A stretch of 64,000 nt of DNA. Origin: Gemmatimonadaceae bacterium. GTDB lineage: Bacteria; Gemmatimonadota; Gemmatimonadetes; Gemmatimonadales; Gemmatimonadaceae. Below the pieces are notes generated by a model, which was given only the letters and a program-made list of their open reading frames with translations, had not been told where the DNA came from and ran no database searches. Position 1 is the first letter of the stretch; every line of letters begins with the position of its first letter. A program made the translations under genes and the position numbers. The stretch spans positions 8,393 through 72,392 of the forward strand of contig DASSNU010000015.1 of assembly GCA_035701265.1 (NCBI GenBank), written 5' to 3'. Shown here in pieces: positions 33,288 to 43,486 of this stretch.

Positions 33288-34903
33288 GGCGCGTGGCGAT
33301 CCTGCTGCTTCTGTATGTGGGGGTACAGCTCATCGAGCCGCTCCGGACCGTGGCGCGTGCGGTGGGGGACGGCGGTCTGCTCGCGCCGGCGGGCGTAGCG
33401 GGGCGCGTGGCGGTGGACGCCGGGAGCGCGAGCGTGGCACTACTTGCCTTCGGCTTCCTGATTCTGGCGGCGTATACCGTCGGCGAGCTGGCGGGGATGG
33501 CGAATCTCCCCAAGATCACCGGTTATCTCTTTGCCGGGCTGATCTTCGGTCCGTCGTTGCTGGGTGTGGTGCCTGCGGCCGCGGTGGATGCGCTGGCGCC
33601 CGTGAACCGGCTCGCGATCGCGCTCATCGCCTTCCTGGCCGGCGCCGAGCTGCAGTGGCGGGAGCTGGCGCAGCGGTGGCGAACCGTGCTGGGGATGCTC
33701 ACCGCGGAGCTCGCACTGGCGTTCGTGCTGATCGTGGCGACGCTGGTCGCGCTGCAGCAGTACGTGAGCTTCCTGCGCGGCGGCAATCTCACCGAGGTCG
33801 TGGCGTTGAGCGCGTTGTTCGGGGCGGTGGCGATCGTGCACTCCCCCGCGGTGACGATGGCGCTCCTGTCCGAGACAGGCGCGCGTGGGCCGGTGGCGCG
33901 CACCACGTTGAGCATCGTGCTCGTGGCGGACGTGGTGGTGGTGCTGCTCTTCAGCAGTGCGCTGGCGCTCACGCGGGCGCTCGTGCCGGGGCACGAGACG
34001 AGCGCCGGCCTGTCGGCCGGGGTGGTGGCGTGGGGGATCGGCGGCTCCGTGCTCGTTGGGGCGGCGCTGGGGGCGGGCGTTGCGCTGTACATGCGATTCG
34101 TACAGCGGGAGCTCTTGCTCTTCGCGATCGTGGTGGCGTTCCTCGGTGCGGAGATCGCGCGGATCGCGCACGTGGAGGAATTGCTGACGTTGCTCGTGGC
34201 CGGTTTCGTGACCGAGAACGTGACGCGATACGGGGGACGGGAGCTGCTGGCGGCGATGGAGCGGTCGGCGGCGCCGGTGTTCGTGGTGTTCTTCGCCCTG
34301 GCGGGCGCGTACATCCGGCTCGATCTGCTCGTTGCGCTGTGGCCCATTGCACTCGCGGTGGTCCTGGCGCGCGCGCTCGGAATCTGGGGCGGGAGCCGGG
34401 CGGGCGCGGCGTGGGCGATGGGGCGGGCCGCGGCGCGGAGCGGTCGGGATCCGCGCGACGCTCGACGCGAGGAACGCGGTGAGCCCGGGCACGAGGTCGT
34501 GCCGCACGACGCGGCGGACGTTGCGGCGGACGTTGCGGCGCGCGATGCGGCGCGCGATGCGGGGGCGGCCAGTGGAGCGAACTCCGCGGTTGCACCCGAC
34601 GGTCGGCTCGTACGTGACAACGTCTGGCTCGGGCTTATCTCGCAGGCGGGGGTGGCGATCGGGCTTACGACCATCATCGCGAGCAGCTACCCGGAGCGTG
34701 GTGAGCAGATGCGCACACTGCTCCTCTCTGTGATCGCCATCAACACCGTGGTTGGCCAGATCCTGTTCCGATTCGCGCTCGTGCGGAGCGGCGAGGTGCG
34801 AGACGGGCGCGAAGATGCAGCAGCCACCACGCGCGCCGGCGTGGCCCGCGGGGCAGGTGTCGGTGGCGCGGTGAGCGGCGGAGAGGCGAGGCACACGAAC
34901 TGA
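33284..34903 (+). CDS. Cation:proton antiporter (second, paralogous CPA-family protein)
   Basis: ATG 33284 overlaps the upstream stop (ATGA). PKITGYLFAGLIFGPSLLGVV is a typical exchanger N-terminal motif. The protein is polytopic throughout. Confidence 0.75.
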   Translation: MRRVAILLLLYVGVQLIEPLRTVARAVGDGGLLAPAGVAGRVAVDAGSASVALLAFGFLILAAYTVGELAGMANLPKITGYLFAGLIFGPSLLGVVPAAAVDALAPVNRLAIALIAFLAGAELQWRELAQRWRTVLGMLTAELALAFVLIVATLVALQQYVSFLRGGNLTEVVALSALFGAVAIVHSPAVTMALLSETGARGPVARTTLSIVLVADVVVVLLFSSALALTRALVPGHETSAGLSAGVVAWGIGGSVLVGAALGAGVALYMRFVQRELLLFAIVVAFLGAEIARIAHVEELLTLLVAGFVTENVTRYGGRELLAAMERSAAPVFVVFFALAGAYIRLDLLVALWPIALAVVLARALGIWGGSRAGAAWAMGRAAARSGRDPRDARREERGEPGHEVVPHDAADVAADVAARDAARDAGAASGANSAVAPDGRLVRDNVWLGLISQAGVAIGLTTIIASSYPERGEQMRTLLLSVIAINTVVGQILFRFALVRSGEVRDGREDAAATTRAGVARGAGVGGAVSGGEARHTN

Positions 34904-35129
34904 GGCGGCGACCAACCTCCGAGATCACGGAATCGACTATTGCCGGCGCCGCTTGGGCGGGCGCGGGCGCATGTGTGGTGGGCGGCCACGAGCTCCGGAC
35001 GCCGCCGGAGGCAGGCTCATTCCGCACACCATCATGAGATGTTCGCGTTCGGTGTTGGTGACCTGCCTGGGTCGACGCATTGCCGCTGCCACCGCGCCGG
35101 CGCTCGCACGACCGCCGGCATGCAACGCG

Positions 35130-36230
35130 TCACATTCCGAGAGCGGGAAGCGACCAATGTGGGGATGCCGCCACGGCTCCTGCCAGAAGTCGTTCTGCAG
35201 CCGTCTCCGAAATCACGTCGCGGTGACGCTCGAGGAAGCCGTGCAGCGCGAGATAGTGCGGCAGGTAGCGTGACGCGACGCTGTGGAATCGCGCCATCCA
35301 GGTCCGAAGTTCACGTGCGATCGCCCAGACGGCGGCACCACTCACGGCTGGCGGGGTTCTGTCACCTCCCGCGGGCAGCGGAGAGCCTGTCATCTCGTAC
35401 CGATTCCGCCACGACACGCCGAGTTTGCGGCTGAGCGCGGGGCCGAGGCGTGGATGTGTCACCCAGAGAACTGCCGGCATGCGGAGCGATTGCGCGAGGA
35501 GCTCGGCCACGCTGGCCGGTGTGAGGCTGACTGGCACCGCAGGTGTGTACGAGAGCAGGTGTGCACGCGTATCGGCGGCGAACAGTACGGGCACCTGGCC
35601 TTCTGCGTGGACTCGTCTTGTGGGCGGAAGCACGCGACGTCGTGGCGGGCGATTCAGTCGGCGTGCGCCCTTGAGCGAGTGGGGGACATGCACAAGGAGG
35701 ACGCCCGCTTGTCCCACGAGTTCAACTGGCGAAGCTCGCCGCGCCGCCGCCCACGACGACAGGAGGCGATGTCGCCACCGGAATACCGTCGACGTGGCGA
35801 CACCTAGCCTTCGAGCGGTGTAGCGGATCGAACGTCCTGCCAGCAGGCAGCTCGCGTGCGGCCCCCAGCGCTCGGGACGGCGCGTGCGCCACATCGGCGT
35901 GCGGGTGAGATCGTTAAACGTTCGCCCGCATCCGCCGACGCATCTGAAGCGCTGATGCCGTGCCGCGCCGTATCGACCCCAACGCGCCACGCGGGCCGAC
36001 CCACAATGCGGGCAACGGACGCCCACGGGCCAGCGGACGGCGCGCAGCGTCGGGCGGGACGGTGTGGATACGAACCTCAGCCGGAATAGGTCGCCGACGT
36101 CGGTCAGGAACTGGGCTGTCGAGAAGTCGAGCGCGGGCTGCCGGCTATCGAACGAGGCACAGCACGGAGGGCGGAAGGATGCGGCAGCGCGGATGAGGTC
36201 CGGATCATCGATCCTGAATGCGGCGCACAC
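35130..36230 (-). mobile_element. IS1595-family transposase-like gene (possibly inactive relic)
   Basis: The N-terminal zinc ribbon reads VRWPVGVRCPHCGSARVARWGRYGAARHQRFRCVGGCGRTFNDLTRTPMW, as in IS1595/ISXO2-type transposases. I did not identify terminal inverted repeats. The positions where I expect the DDE aspartates read VHVPHS and VTHP. Confidence 0.55.
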
Positions 36231-37016
36231 GGGTAGCTCCGGTGGGTGGGATCGACATGGTAAGGCTGGCGCCGCACCACACCGGCATCAGTACAAGGCG
36301 ACGGGTATCACCACCGCCCACACTCAACGCGAACATCTCGCGATGTAGCCACCGGCAGCCCCCCTCGGACGGTGGGAGGAGCGCGGCTCGCGCCACCGCT
36401 CGGGATCCCGCGACCAAGCGGTAGCACCACCTGCTCGGTCGCTCGGCACTCGTCGGGAGACGCCGTAGATTGCCCCGCTCGGGTTCTCGCGACCGCCAAT
36501 CTGTGGCGCGCTACCCACACCGGAGCGCCGCTCCGCGACAACCGAGTGTCCACTTCGGCCACCCACACCACGGCGACAGACAGACAGTCGGATCTCTCCG
36601 CCGCCATACGTGCCGCAACGTGTTCTCGCGATGGGGATTACGCGCCCACACTCATTGTCACACCTTTATGCCATCATCGTCACTCGGATGCACGTTAATT
36701 GCACGAAGACCGCGTCCGCCTTGCGGGAAAGGGTCGCGTCCCTGACGCCGCAGAGCTTGCTGGGAACACGGAAACGTGCGGGATGCGTCATCCTGTAGCC
36801 GATGCCGATCCGCTGAAGGCCGGCACGACCACGAGGTAACCGTGCGCGCGGCGGCGCCTGGTAGTGCCTGGCACGCCAACGTCGTCAGCAACCCCGCAGG
36901 TGCCAGTCACCGTTGCTCTCTCTAACCAGGTCATGCGCGACGACCGCCAGCACACGAGCACCTTGCACGAGCGGCCACCGCACGCGCGGACCTCCACGTC
37001 GCCCACACCGTCGCCC

Positions 37017-38255
37017 ATGGTGGGCGCGCCCGGCCCCATCCCACCCTTCCCGGCCTTCCGCGGCGCCACGCGCCGGATCGCCCTCGTCGCCCCGCAGCCG
37101 TTCTATCAGGACCGCGGAACGCCGATCGCCGTGCGCCAGCTTCTCGCAGCGCTCGCGCAACTCGGTCACGAGGTGGACGTGATCACCTATCCGATAGGAC
37201 GGTCGGTCGACTTCCCAGGGGTTCGATACATCCGGTGCGCCAACCCGCTCGGCTTCGGCGGCGTGCCCGTGGGATTCTCCTTCCGCAAGCTCGTGCTCGA
37301 CGTCCCGATCGCCACGACGCTTCGGCGCCAGCTCGCCACGCAGCCGTACGACCTGATTCACGCCGTGGAGGAGGCGGCGTTTCCCGCCGTCGTCCTCGGT
37401 CGCCGCCACAAGGTGCCGGTCATCTACGACATGCAGTCGAGCCTCCCGGAGCAGCTCGTCAAACATGCGGCTCTCCGAAACGGCCCCGCCCAGGCGATGC
37501 TGCACGCGTGCGAGCGGTGGCTCCTGCGTCGGGCAGACGCGGTGGTGAGCAGCAAGGGGCTCGCGTCGCGCGTGCGTCGGATGGTCCCGGAGGCACGCGT
37601 GCACGAGTGGCGCTACGCCAGCGAGATCACCGACGTCGCACCGCGCGTGATCCAGGCGGAACGGCGCGCGCTCGGCATCCCGGATGGCGCATCGATCGTG
37701 CTCTACTCCGGCACATTCGAGCCGTACCAGGGGCTCCCCGATCTACTGCGTGCCGTACCCGGGGTCCTCGCGGCATGTCCCTCGGCGCGCGTGGTGCTGG
37801 TGGGCGCGGAGGGTGAGGCGGGGACGACGGTGCGCGAGCTCGCCCGCACGCTCGGCGTGAGCGACCAGGTGCTCATCCTCTCCCGCCAGCCGCGCGAGCG
37901 CATGCCGATCTTCCACACGATGGCGGACGTGCTCGTCTCCGCACGACGCTACGGCGGCAACCTCCCACTCAAGATCTTCGATTATCTCGCAGCGGGACGC
38001 CCGATCGTCGCGACGGACATCCCGACGCACCGCACGCTGCTGGACGAGAGTCGCGCGCTCCTCGTATCCCCCAACTCGGAGGAGCTGTGCCGCGCCATCG
38101 TCCGCCTCCTCACCGACCGGGATGAGGCCGCGCGCCTGGCGGCCGCGGCGCGCTCCTACGCACAGGAGCACCTCGGCTGGCGTGCATTCGTGCAGTCGGT
38201 GGACGAGCTGGTCGCCACCGTCTGCGACTCCGCCCCGCCGCGCGCACGGCGGTGA
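37017..38255 (+). CDS. GT4-family glycosyltransferase
   Basis: RIALVAPQPFYQDRGTPIAVRQLL is followed by a C-terminal ...GNLPLKIFDYLAAGRPIVATDIPTH (E-x7-E-like region). The start is at ATG 37017. The upstream track extension is low-complexity. Confidence 0.82.
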   Translation: MVGAPGPIPPFPAFRGATRRIALVAPQPFYQDRGTPIAVRQLLAALAQLGHEVDVITYPIGRSVDFPGVRYIRCANPLGFGGVPVGFSFRKLVLDVPIATTLRRQLATQPYDLIHAVEEAAFPAVVLGRRHKVPVIYDMQSSLPEQLVKHAALRNGPAQAMLHACERWLLRRADAVVSSKGLASRVRRMVPEARVHEWRYASEITDVAPRVIQAERRALGIPDGASIVLYSGTFEPYQGLPDLLRAVPGVLAACPSARVVLVGAEGEAGTTVRELARTLGVSDQVLILSRQPRERMPIFHTMADVLVSARRYGGNLPLKIFDYLAAGRPIVATDIPTHRTLLDESRALLVSPNSEELCRAIVRLLTDRDEAARLAAAARSYAQEHLGWRAFVQSVDELVATVCDSAPPRARR

Positions 38256-39526
38256 GCACGCGCATGTCCGCTCCCACGCGAGGGGCGCTCGCATCACGCG
38301 AGAACTCCGAACCGCGCGACAAACCCGAGTCGCGCGACAACTCCGAGTCGCACAACAACTCCGAGTCGCGCGCCAGCCACGAGTCGCAGGACGCACTCCA
38401 GTCGCCCGGCGCCGCCGCCACGATGATCGTCTCGGTCATCATCCCCGCGCGCAACGAAGCGGCAGCGATCGCCGGCGTGGTACACGCGGTCCGCGCGCAG
38501 CAGCTCGGCGCGCACACGGAGATCGAGGTGATCGTGGTGGACGACGGCTCCTCCGACGACACCGCCGAGCGCGCGGCCGCCGCAGGGGCACGCGTCGTTC
38601 GTCGCGGCGAGAGCGAAGGCAATCCCGCAGCGGCACGCAACGCAGGCGCGCGCGCGGCACGCGGCGACCCGCTGGTCTTCCTGGATGCCGACTGCACTCC
38701 CGCACCGGGCTGGCTCGACGCGCTGTTGTCCGGACACGCGCGCGGCGCGGCGGTGGTGGGCGGCGCGCTCGAGATGGCGCCCGGACTGCCGATCACCGCG
38801 CGCTGCGACTACTACGCCACCAGCACGCAGCAGCACGCACGGCGGCCGGCGGGGAGGGTCGTGAGCCAGTCGCCCGCCAGCCTGAGCGTCCGGCGCGACG
38901 CGTTCTTCGCCACGTGCGGCTTCATCGAACGGCACCCGGTCGCCGACGGCCACGAAGAGTTGGCGTGGCAGGGTGCGCTCACCCGCGCCGGCGAGCAGAT
39001 CATCTTCGAGCCGCGCGCGGTCGCCTATCACCGGAACCGCGCCGGCCTCGCGCACCTGCTCCGCCGGAGCTATCGCTGGGGATACAGCAGCATCGAGGCG
39101 AAAGCGCTCTCGGGCGCGGCGCGCGTGGCGACACTCTACCGCCACCCGCGGCTCCTCGTCGCCGCCGCGCTGCCGCTCAGTGCCGCACACACGCTCCACG
39201 CGCTCACGAGCTGGATGCGCGCGGGACGCGTGGAGCCGCTCGTTCTCGCGCCAGGGATCCTCGCCGCGCGCATCGCGTACGCGTGCGGCATGATGATCGG
39301 CGGCATCCGCTGGCTTCGCCGCACCGAACGCAGCAGCGCCGAACGCAGCAGCGCCGAACGCACCAGCCCCGAACGCACCAGCGCCAGGCGCACCGGCGCC
39401 GAACACGCGTCCACCGGGCTCGCGCGCGCCGAGTACACGCGCGCCGAGTACACGAGCACCGACGGCACACGCGCGGAACAGTCGGGCGCCGATGCGTCGG
39501 GCGACGACCGCCCACGCTGGCGATGA
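38252..39526 (+). CDS. GT2-family glycosyltransferase with repeat-encoded N- and C-terminal extensions
   Basis: The core reads MIVSVIIPARNEAAAIAGVV...IVVDDGSSDDT...LVFLDADC. GTG 38252 overlaps the upstream stop (GTGA). An alternative start is ATG 38423, immediately before the catalytic core. Confidence 0.78.
   Translation: MSTRMSAPTRGALASRENSEPRDKPESRDNSESHNNSESRASHESQDALQSPGAAATMIVSVIIPARNEAAAIAGVVHAVRAQQLGAHTEIEVIVVDDGSSDDTAERAAAAGARVVRRGESEGNPAAARNAGARAARGDPLVFLDADCTPAPGWLDALLSGHARGAAVVGGALEMAPGLPITARCDYYATSTQQHARRPAGRVVSQSPASLSVRRDAFFATCGFIERHPVADGHEELAWQGALTRAGEQIIFEPRAVAYHRNRAGLAHLLRRSYRWGYSSIEAKALSGAARVATLYRHPRLLVAAALPLSAAHTLHALTSWMRAGRVEPLVLAPGILAARIAYACGMMIGGIRWLRRTERSSAERSSAERTSPERTSARRTGAEHASTGLARAEYTRAEYTSTDGTRAEQSGADASGDDRPRWR
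38303..38410. repeat. Six 18-bp tandem units (aactccgagtcgcgcgac-like), in phase with the GT2 frame
   Basis: Units start at 38303, 38321, 38339, 38357, 38375 and 38393. If translated they encode NSEPRD/KPESRD/NSESHN/NSESRA/SHESQD/ALQSPG. Confidence 0.85.
39326..39453. repeat. 15-bp tandem repeats (about six units of gaacgcagcagcgcc, then two of gcgcgccgagtacac) at the 3' end of the GT2 gene
   Basis: Units start at 39326, 39341, 39356, 39371, 39386 and 39401, then at 39424 and 39439. They encode an ERSSA/ERTSP-type pentapeptide tail. Confidence 0.85.
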
Positions 39527-40596
39527 CGTCGACGAGCAGTCACACACCTCCCCTCCCCACCGTCACGGCCGTCGTGTGCACGCACGACCGCCCCGCGCTG
39601 CTCCGGCGCGCGCTGTCGTCACTCCTGTCGCAGCGTCTGCCCGCGACGGAGATTCTCGTGGTGGACAACGCGCCCAGCTCCGACGCGACGCGCAACCTGG
39701 TGCACGGGGAATTTCCCGCCGTACGCTACGAGCACGAGCCGGTTCCCGGGCTGGACTTCGCGCGCAACCGCGCGCTCCACGCCGCCACGAGCGACGTGGT
39801 GGCCTTTCTGGACGACGATGCCGCAGCGGACGCGGGGTGGGTGGAGGCGCTCGCGCACGTGATGCGCGATCCGCACGTCGGGATGTGCACGGGGCGGGTG
39901 GAAGCGCTCGCGACCGACACCGAAGCGCAGCGGCTGTTCGAGGAGAACGGCGGTTTCTCGCGCGGGATGGAGCGGCGCCGTCTCCCCGCACAGGCGGGAC
40001 TCGCGCTCGCCACGTGGCGCGCCGCCGGCCGCGGTGCGAGCTCCGGCGCCACGTCGCGGGCGGCGCGCCTGCTGCCGGTGCCGCTCATCGCGTGCGCGTT
40101 CGACGTGGGCGCGGGGTGCAGCATGGCGGTCCGTCGCACGGTCGCGGTCGCGCTCGGCGGGTTCGACGAGGCGCTCGACCTGGGCGACGCGCTCCCCGGC
40201 GGCGGCGATCACGACATGCTCTGGCGCATGCTCGAGGCGGGGCACGAGGTGGTCTACGAGCCGGCAGCGCTGGCGTGGCACGAGCATCGGCGCGAGATGG
40301 AAGGCGTGGCGGCGCAGATCGCCGGACAGCAGCGCGCGATGGTCGCGTTGCTCACCAAGTGTCTCGTCACCGCGCGCGGGAGGCGCCGCGCCAGCGTGGC
40401 GGCGTATCTTGGGTGGCGGCTGGTGAAACCGGGGGCGCGGCTCATCCGTCGCGCGGCGGGACGCGACCCGCTTCCCGCGTGGCTGTTGGCGCGCACCTGG
40501 CGTGCGTGCTGGCGCGGCATTCTGGAGTACCCGCGAGCGCGGCGGATCGCGATGGAGCGCACGACGCGAGCATGGAACCAGACAGCCTCTCAGTGA
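39523..40596 (+). CDS. GT2-family glycosyltransferase (paralog family A)
   Basis: ATG 39523 overlaps the upstream stop (ATGA). Motifs: VTAVVCTHDRPALLRRAL, VVDNAPSSDAT, VAFLDDDAAADAGW, GGGDHDMLWR and WHEHRRE. Confidence 0.82.
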   Translation: MTSTSSHTPPLPTVTAVVCTHDRPALLRRALSSLLSQRLPATEILVVDNAPSSDATRNLVHGEFPAVRYEHEPVPGLDFARNRALHAATSDVVAFLDDDAAADAGWVEALAHVMRDPHVGMCTGRVEALATDTEAQRLFEENGGFSRGMERRRLPAQAGLALATWRAAGRGASSGATSRAARLLPVPLIACAFDVGAGCSMAVRRTVAVALGGFDEALDLGDALPGGGDHDMLWRMLEAGHEVVYEPAALAWHEHRREMEGVAAQIAGQQRAMVALLTKCLVTARGRRRASVAAYLGWRLVKPGARLIRRAAGRDPLPAWLLARTWRACWRGILEYPRARRIAMERTTRAWNQTASQ

Positions 40597-41540
40597 TCAT
40601 CTGCACGCACGAGCGTGCGGACGACCTCGCGCGCTGTCTCGACGCGCTGGCACGACAGACCGTGCCGCCGCTCGAGATCGTGGTCGTCGACAACGCGCCA
40701 CGCACCGGTGAGACGCGTGCGGTGGTGGAGCGCGCCGCGTCGAGCCAGAGCGCGGTGCGTTACGTCGTGGAGCCGCGCGCGGGGCTCAACCGCGCGCGGA
40801 ACGCGGGCGTCGCCGCGACTGCGGGCGCGCTGGTGGCGTTCACCGACGACGATGCCGTACCCGCGCCCGACTGGGGGGCGGTCCTCCAGGAACGATTGCG
40901 TGACCCCGCGCTGGCGGGCGTCGCCGGCCCCATGCTCCCGCTCGAATTGGAGACGGAGGCACAGCAGATGTTCGAGCGGTATCTGGGCGGTCCGGCCGGC
41001 CGGCGCGAGCAGGAGCGAGCGCGCGCCTTCGGCGGGGACTTCGCCCCCGCGTGGGCGGGGAAGGTGGGCGCGGGCGCGAACATGGCGTTCCGGCGCGCGG
41101 CGCTCGAGCGCGTGGGCGCGTTCGACGAGGCGTTCGATGCGGGCACGCTCACGCGGAGCGGCGGGGACACGGAGATGTTCGGGCGCCTCCTCACCGCCGG
41201 CTTCACGCTCGCCTACGAGCCGCGCGCGCGCGTGTGGCACCGGCATCGCCGCACGATGGCCGAGCTGCGCTCGCAGCTCTTCGGCTATGGCGTGGGGGTG
41301 TTCGCCTACTGGACGCTGCGCGTGGTGGAGTACGACGAGCGCGAGGCGCTGCGGTCGGCGCTGGCCACGCTGCGCGCGCACGTGGCGCGGCGCCTGGTCC
41401 GTGCGCTCCAGGGACACGACGGCGATGTGCCGCCGGAGCTGGTGCTGGCCGAACTGGCCGGATGCTTCTATGGTCCGGTGGCGTACTTCCGCGAGCGGCG
41501 ACGCGCGGGTGCGCACCCCGGGCCGGACGCGCGACGATGA
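40572..41540 (+). CDS. GT2-family glycosyltransferase (paralog family A)
   Basis: Motifs: LSVIICTHERADDLARCL, VVDNAPRTGET, VAFTDDDAVPAPDW, PLELETEAQQMFE, GGDTEMFGR and WHRHRRTMAELRSQLFGYGVG. Confidence 0.82.
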   Translation: MEPDSLSVIICTHERADDLARCLDALARQTVPPLEIVVVDNAPRTGETRAVVERAASSQSAVRYVVEPRAGLNRARNAGVAATAGALVAFTDDDAVPAPDWGAVLQERLRDPALAGVAGPMLPLELETEAQQMFERYLGGPAGRREQERARAFGGDFAPAWAGKVGAGANMAFRRAALERVGAFDEAFDAGTLTRSGGDTEMFGRLLTAGFTLAYEPRARVWHRHRRTMAELRSQLFGYGVGVFAYWTLRVVEYDEREALRSALATLRAHVARRLVRALQGHDGDVPPELVLAELAGCFYGPVAYFRERRRAGAHPGPDARR

Positions 41541-42664
41541 GCGAGCTCGACATCAGCATCGTGATCCCCACCCGCGCGCGCGCGGAGATCCTGCGCGACA
41601 CGCTCGGCGCGCTCGCGCGCCAGCACTGCGATCCCGCGCGGATGGAGGTGATCGTCGTGATGGATGGCGCCTGCGCCGACACGCGCGCCATGGTGGAGAC
41701 GCTCCGCGCGCGCTTTCCGTCGTCGCTCACCCTGCTGGAGCAGCCGCGCGCCGGGCAGGGCGCGGCACGTAACCGCGGGATGACGGCGGCACGCGCGGAC
41801 ATCGTGCTGCTCCTGGACGATGACATCCTGGCGGAGCCGCAGCTCGTGCGCGAGCACACGCGCCATCACGTCGCCGGAAAGGACATGATCGTGACCGGCA
41901 ACCTGCCGGTGGAGGACGTCGCCGGGGCGGGGGCACATCACCGCGCCACGCGCGACTGGTGGGCCGGAGAGCTGCGCGCGCGCGCCCTGCCGGATCATCG
42001 CTTCACCCTTCGTGACTTCGTCACCGGCAACGTGTCCTTTCCTCGGGCGCGGCTGCTGGCGCTGGGCGGGTTCGATCCCATGTTTTCCGGCTACGGACGC
42101 GAAGACTACGAGGCGGGCTACCGCCTGCTGCGCGCCGGGCTGCCCATGGTGCACGAGCCACGCGCCGCGGGGTTGCACCGCTATCGCAAGGCGCCGCTGG
42201 AATGGCTGCGGCAGACCTACAGTCAGGGACGGGCCGACGTGCTGTTCGCGCGCAAGCATCCGGAGATCGTGCAGGACGTGATGGGGCTCTCTCCCTTTCC
42301 CGCCGTGTCGTGGATCGCACGGTCCATCGCCGCGCAGGAGCGTCGCGTGCTCGCGCTCAACGCGGAGGGCGGCCCGCAGTGGCAGCGCGCAGCGGGGATC
42401 GTGCAGGCGGCGCACTACTGGCGCGGCGTGCGCTCCGAAGCGCACGGGCGGCGCGAGCTGTCGTGGCTCATTCGTGCGCAGCACGCCGCCCTGCGCGCGG
42501 CGGGGCGCGACCTGGGTGCGCGCCGGCGCTTCCTGGCCGCGCTCCTCCTCGTGACCGCGCGAAAGCGCGCATCCGTCTCCGAAAGGCACGCCGCCGCAAA
42601 CACGGACCGCGCGGCACCCGCCGCGGCTGGCGGAGCCGCGGCTACTACGGAGCCCCGGCCATGA
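41537..42664 (+). CDS. GT2-family glycosyltransferase (paralog family B)
   Basis: ATG 41537 overlaps the upstream stop (ATGA). Motifs: ISIVIPTRARAEILRDTL, QGAARNRGM, VLLLDDDIL and GREDYEAGYRLL. Confidence 0.82.
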   Translation: MSELDISIVIPTRARAEILRDTLGALARQHCDPARMEVIVVMDGACADTRAMVETLRARFPSSLTLLEQPRAGQGAARNRGMTAARADIVLLLDDDILAEPQLVREHTRHHVAGKDMIVTGNLPVEDVAGAGAHHRATRDWWAGELRARALPDHRFTLRDFVTGNVSFPRARLLALGGFDPMFSGYGREDYEAGYRLLRAGLPMVHEPRAAGLHRYRKAPLEWLRQTYSQGRADVLFARKHPEIVQDVMGLSPFPAVSWIARSIAAQERRVLALNAEGGPQWQRAAGIVQAAHYWRGVRSEAHGRRELSWLIRAQHAALRAAGRDLGARRRFLAALLLVTARKRASVSERHAAANTDRAAPAAAGGAAATTEPRP

Positions 42665-43485
42665 CCGCGCCCGCCGCCGTCCGCACCTCCGACGCGCACC
42701 GTGCGCGGCTCCCATCGCTCCGCGAGCTGTGGCGCTATCGCGAGCTGCTCCGCTCGCTCGCCGCGCGTGATCTCAAGGTCAAGTATCAACGCTCCGCGCT
42801 GGGGTTCGTGTGGACGCTGCTCAATCCGATCCTCACCGTGGGCGTGCTCGTGGTGGTGTTTCACTACATCGTGAAGATCCACGTCGAGCAGTACTGGGCG
42901 TTCGTGCTCAGCGGCTACTTCGCGTGGAACTTCGTGATGCAGATGCTCAATACGTCCACCTACGTGGTGGCGGAGCACGGCGCGCTGCGACGGAGCGTGG
43001 CGTTCCCCAGCGAGGTGCTCGTCTTCGGAGCAGCGGCCGCGCGGCTGGTGGAGTTCGCGGTGGAGCTGGGGCTCATCATCGTGGCGCTCGTGCTCTGGCG
43101 GCACCACGGATTGCCGGCCAGCTACCTGCTGCTCCCCGTGCTGATCGTCATCCAGCTGCTGCTCACGATCGGGCTCGTGATGCCGATCGCGACGTTGTCC
43201 GTGTTCTACACGGACGTGCAGCACGCGCTGCCGATCGCGCTCATGTCGCTCTTCTACGTGTCCCCCGTCTTCTATCCGGCATCGCTCGTCCCCGCCGCGG
43301 TGCGCGACCTGTACATGCTGAACCCGATCGCCGACCTGCTCACGCTCTATCACACGGTGCTCTACGACGGGCGCTTCCCCTCGGCCGCGCTCCTCGGCGC
43401 GACGGCCGCCGTGTCGCTGGTGCTGTACCTGGCGGGGAGCGCGATCTTCAATCGATATCAAGCGCTGTTCGCGGAGGTCGTCTGA
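42661..43485 (+). CDS. ABC-2-type polysaccharide export permease (Wzm/TagG-like)
   Basis: ATG 42661 overlaps the upstream stop. LAARDLKVKYQRSALGFVWTLLNPIL is the family signature. There are six hydrophobic segments. Confidence 0.88.
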   Translation: MTAPAAVRTSDAHRARLPSLRELWRYRELLRSLAARDLKVKYQRSALGFVWTLLNPILTVGVLVVVFHYIVKIHVEQYWAFVLSGYFAWNFVMQMLNTSTYVVAEHGALRRSVAFPSEVLVFGAAAARLVEFAVELGLIIVALVLWRHHGLPASYLLLPVLIVIQLLLTIGLVMPIATLSVFYTDVQHALPIALMSLFYVSPVFYPASLVPAAVRDLYMLNPIADLLTLYHTVLYDGRFPSAALLGATAAVSLVLYLAGSAIFNRYQALFAEVV

Positions 43486-43486
43486 G

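Noticed and set aside
36855-36885. Sigma-54 promoter at cctggcacgccaacgtcgtc.
   Set aside because: A TGGCAC element is present, but the -12 element reads CGTC rather than TTGC. There is no enhancer-binding protein gene nearby.
39492-41540. 682-aa track ORF spanning two GT2 genes, and the 824-aa ORF at 38122-40596.
   Set aside because: Only the downstream parts, from ATG 40572 and ATG 39523 respectively, carry GT2 motifs. The upstream parts are off-frame shadows of the preceding genes.
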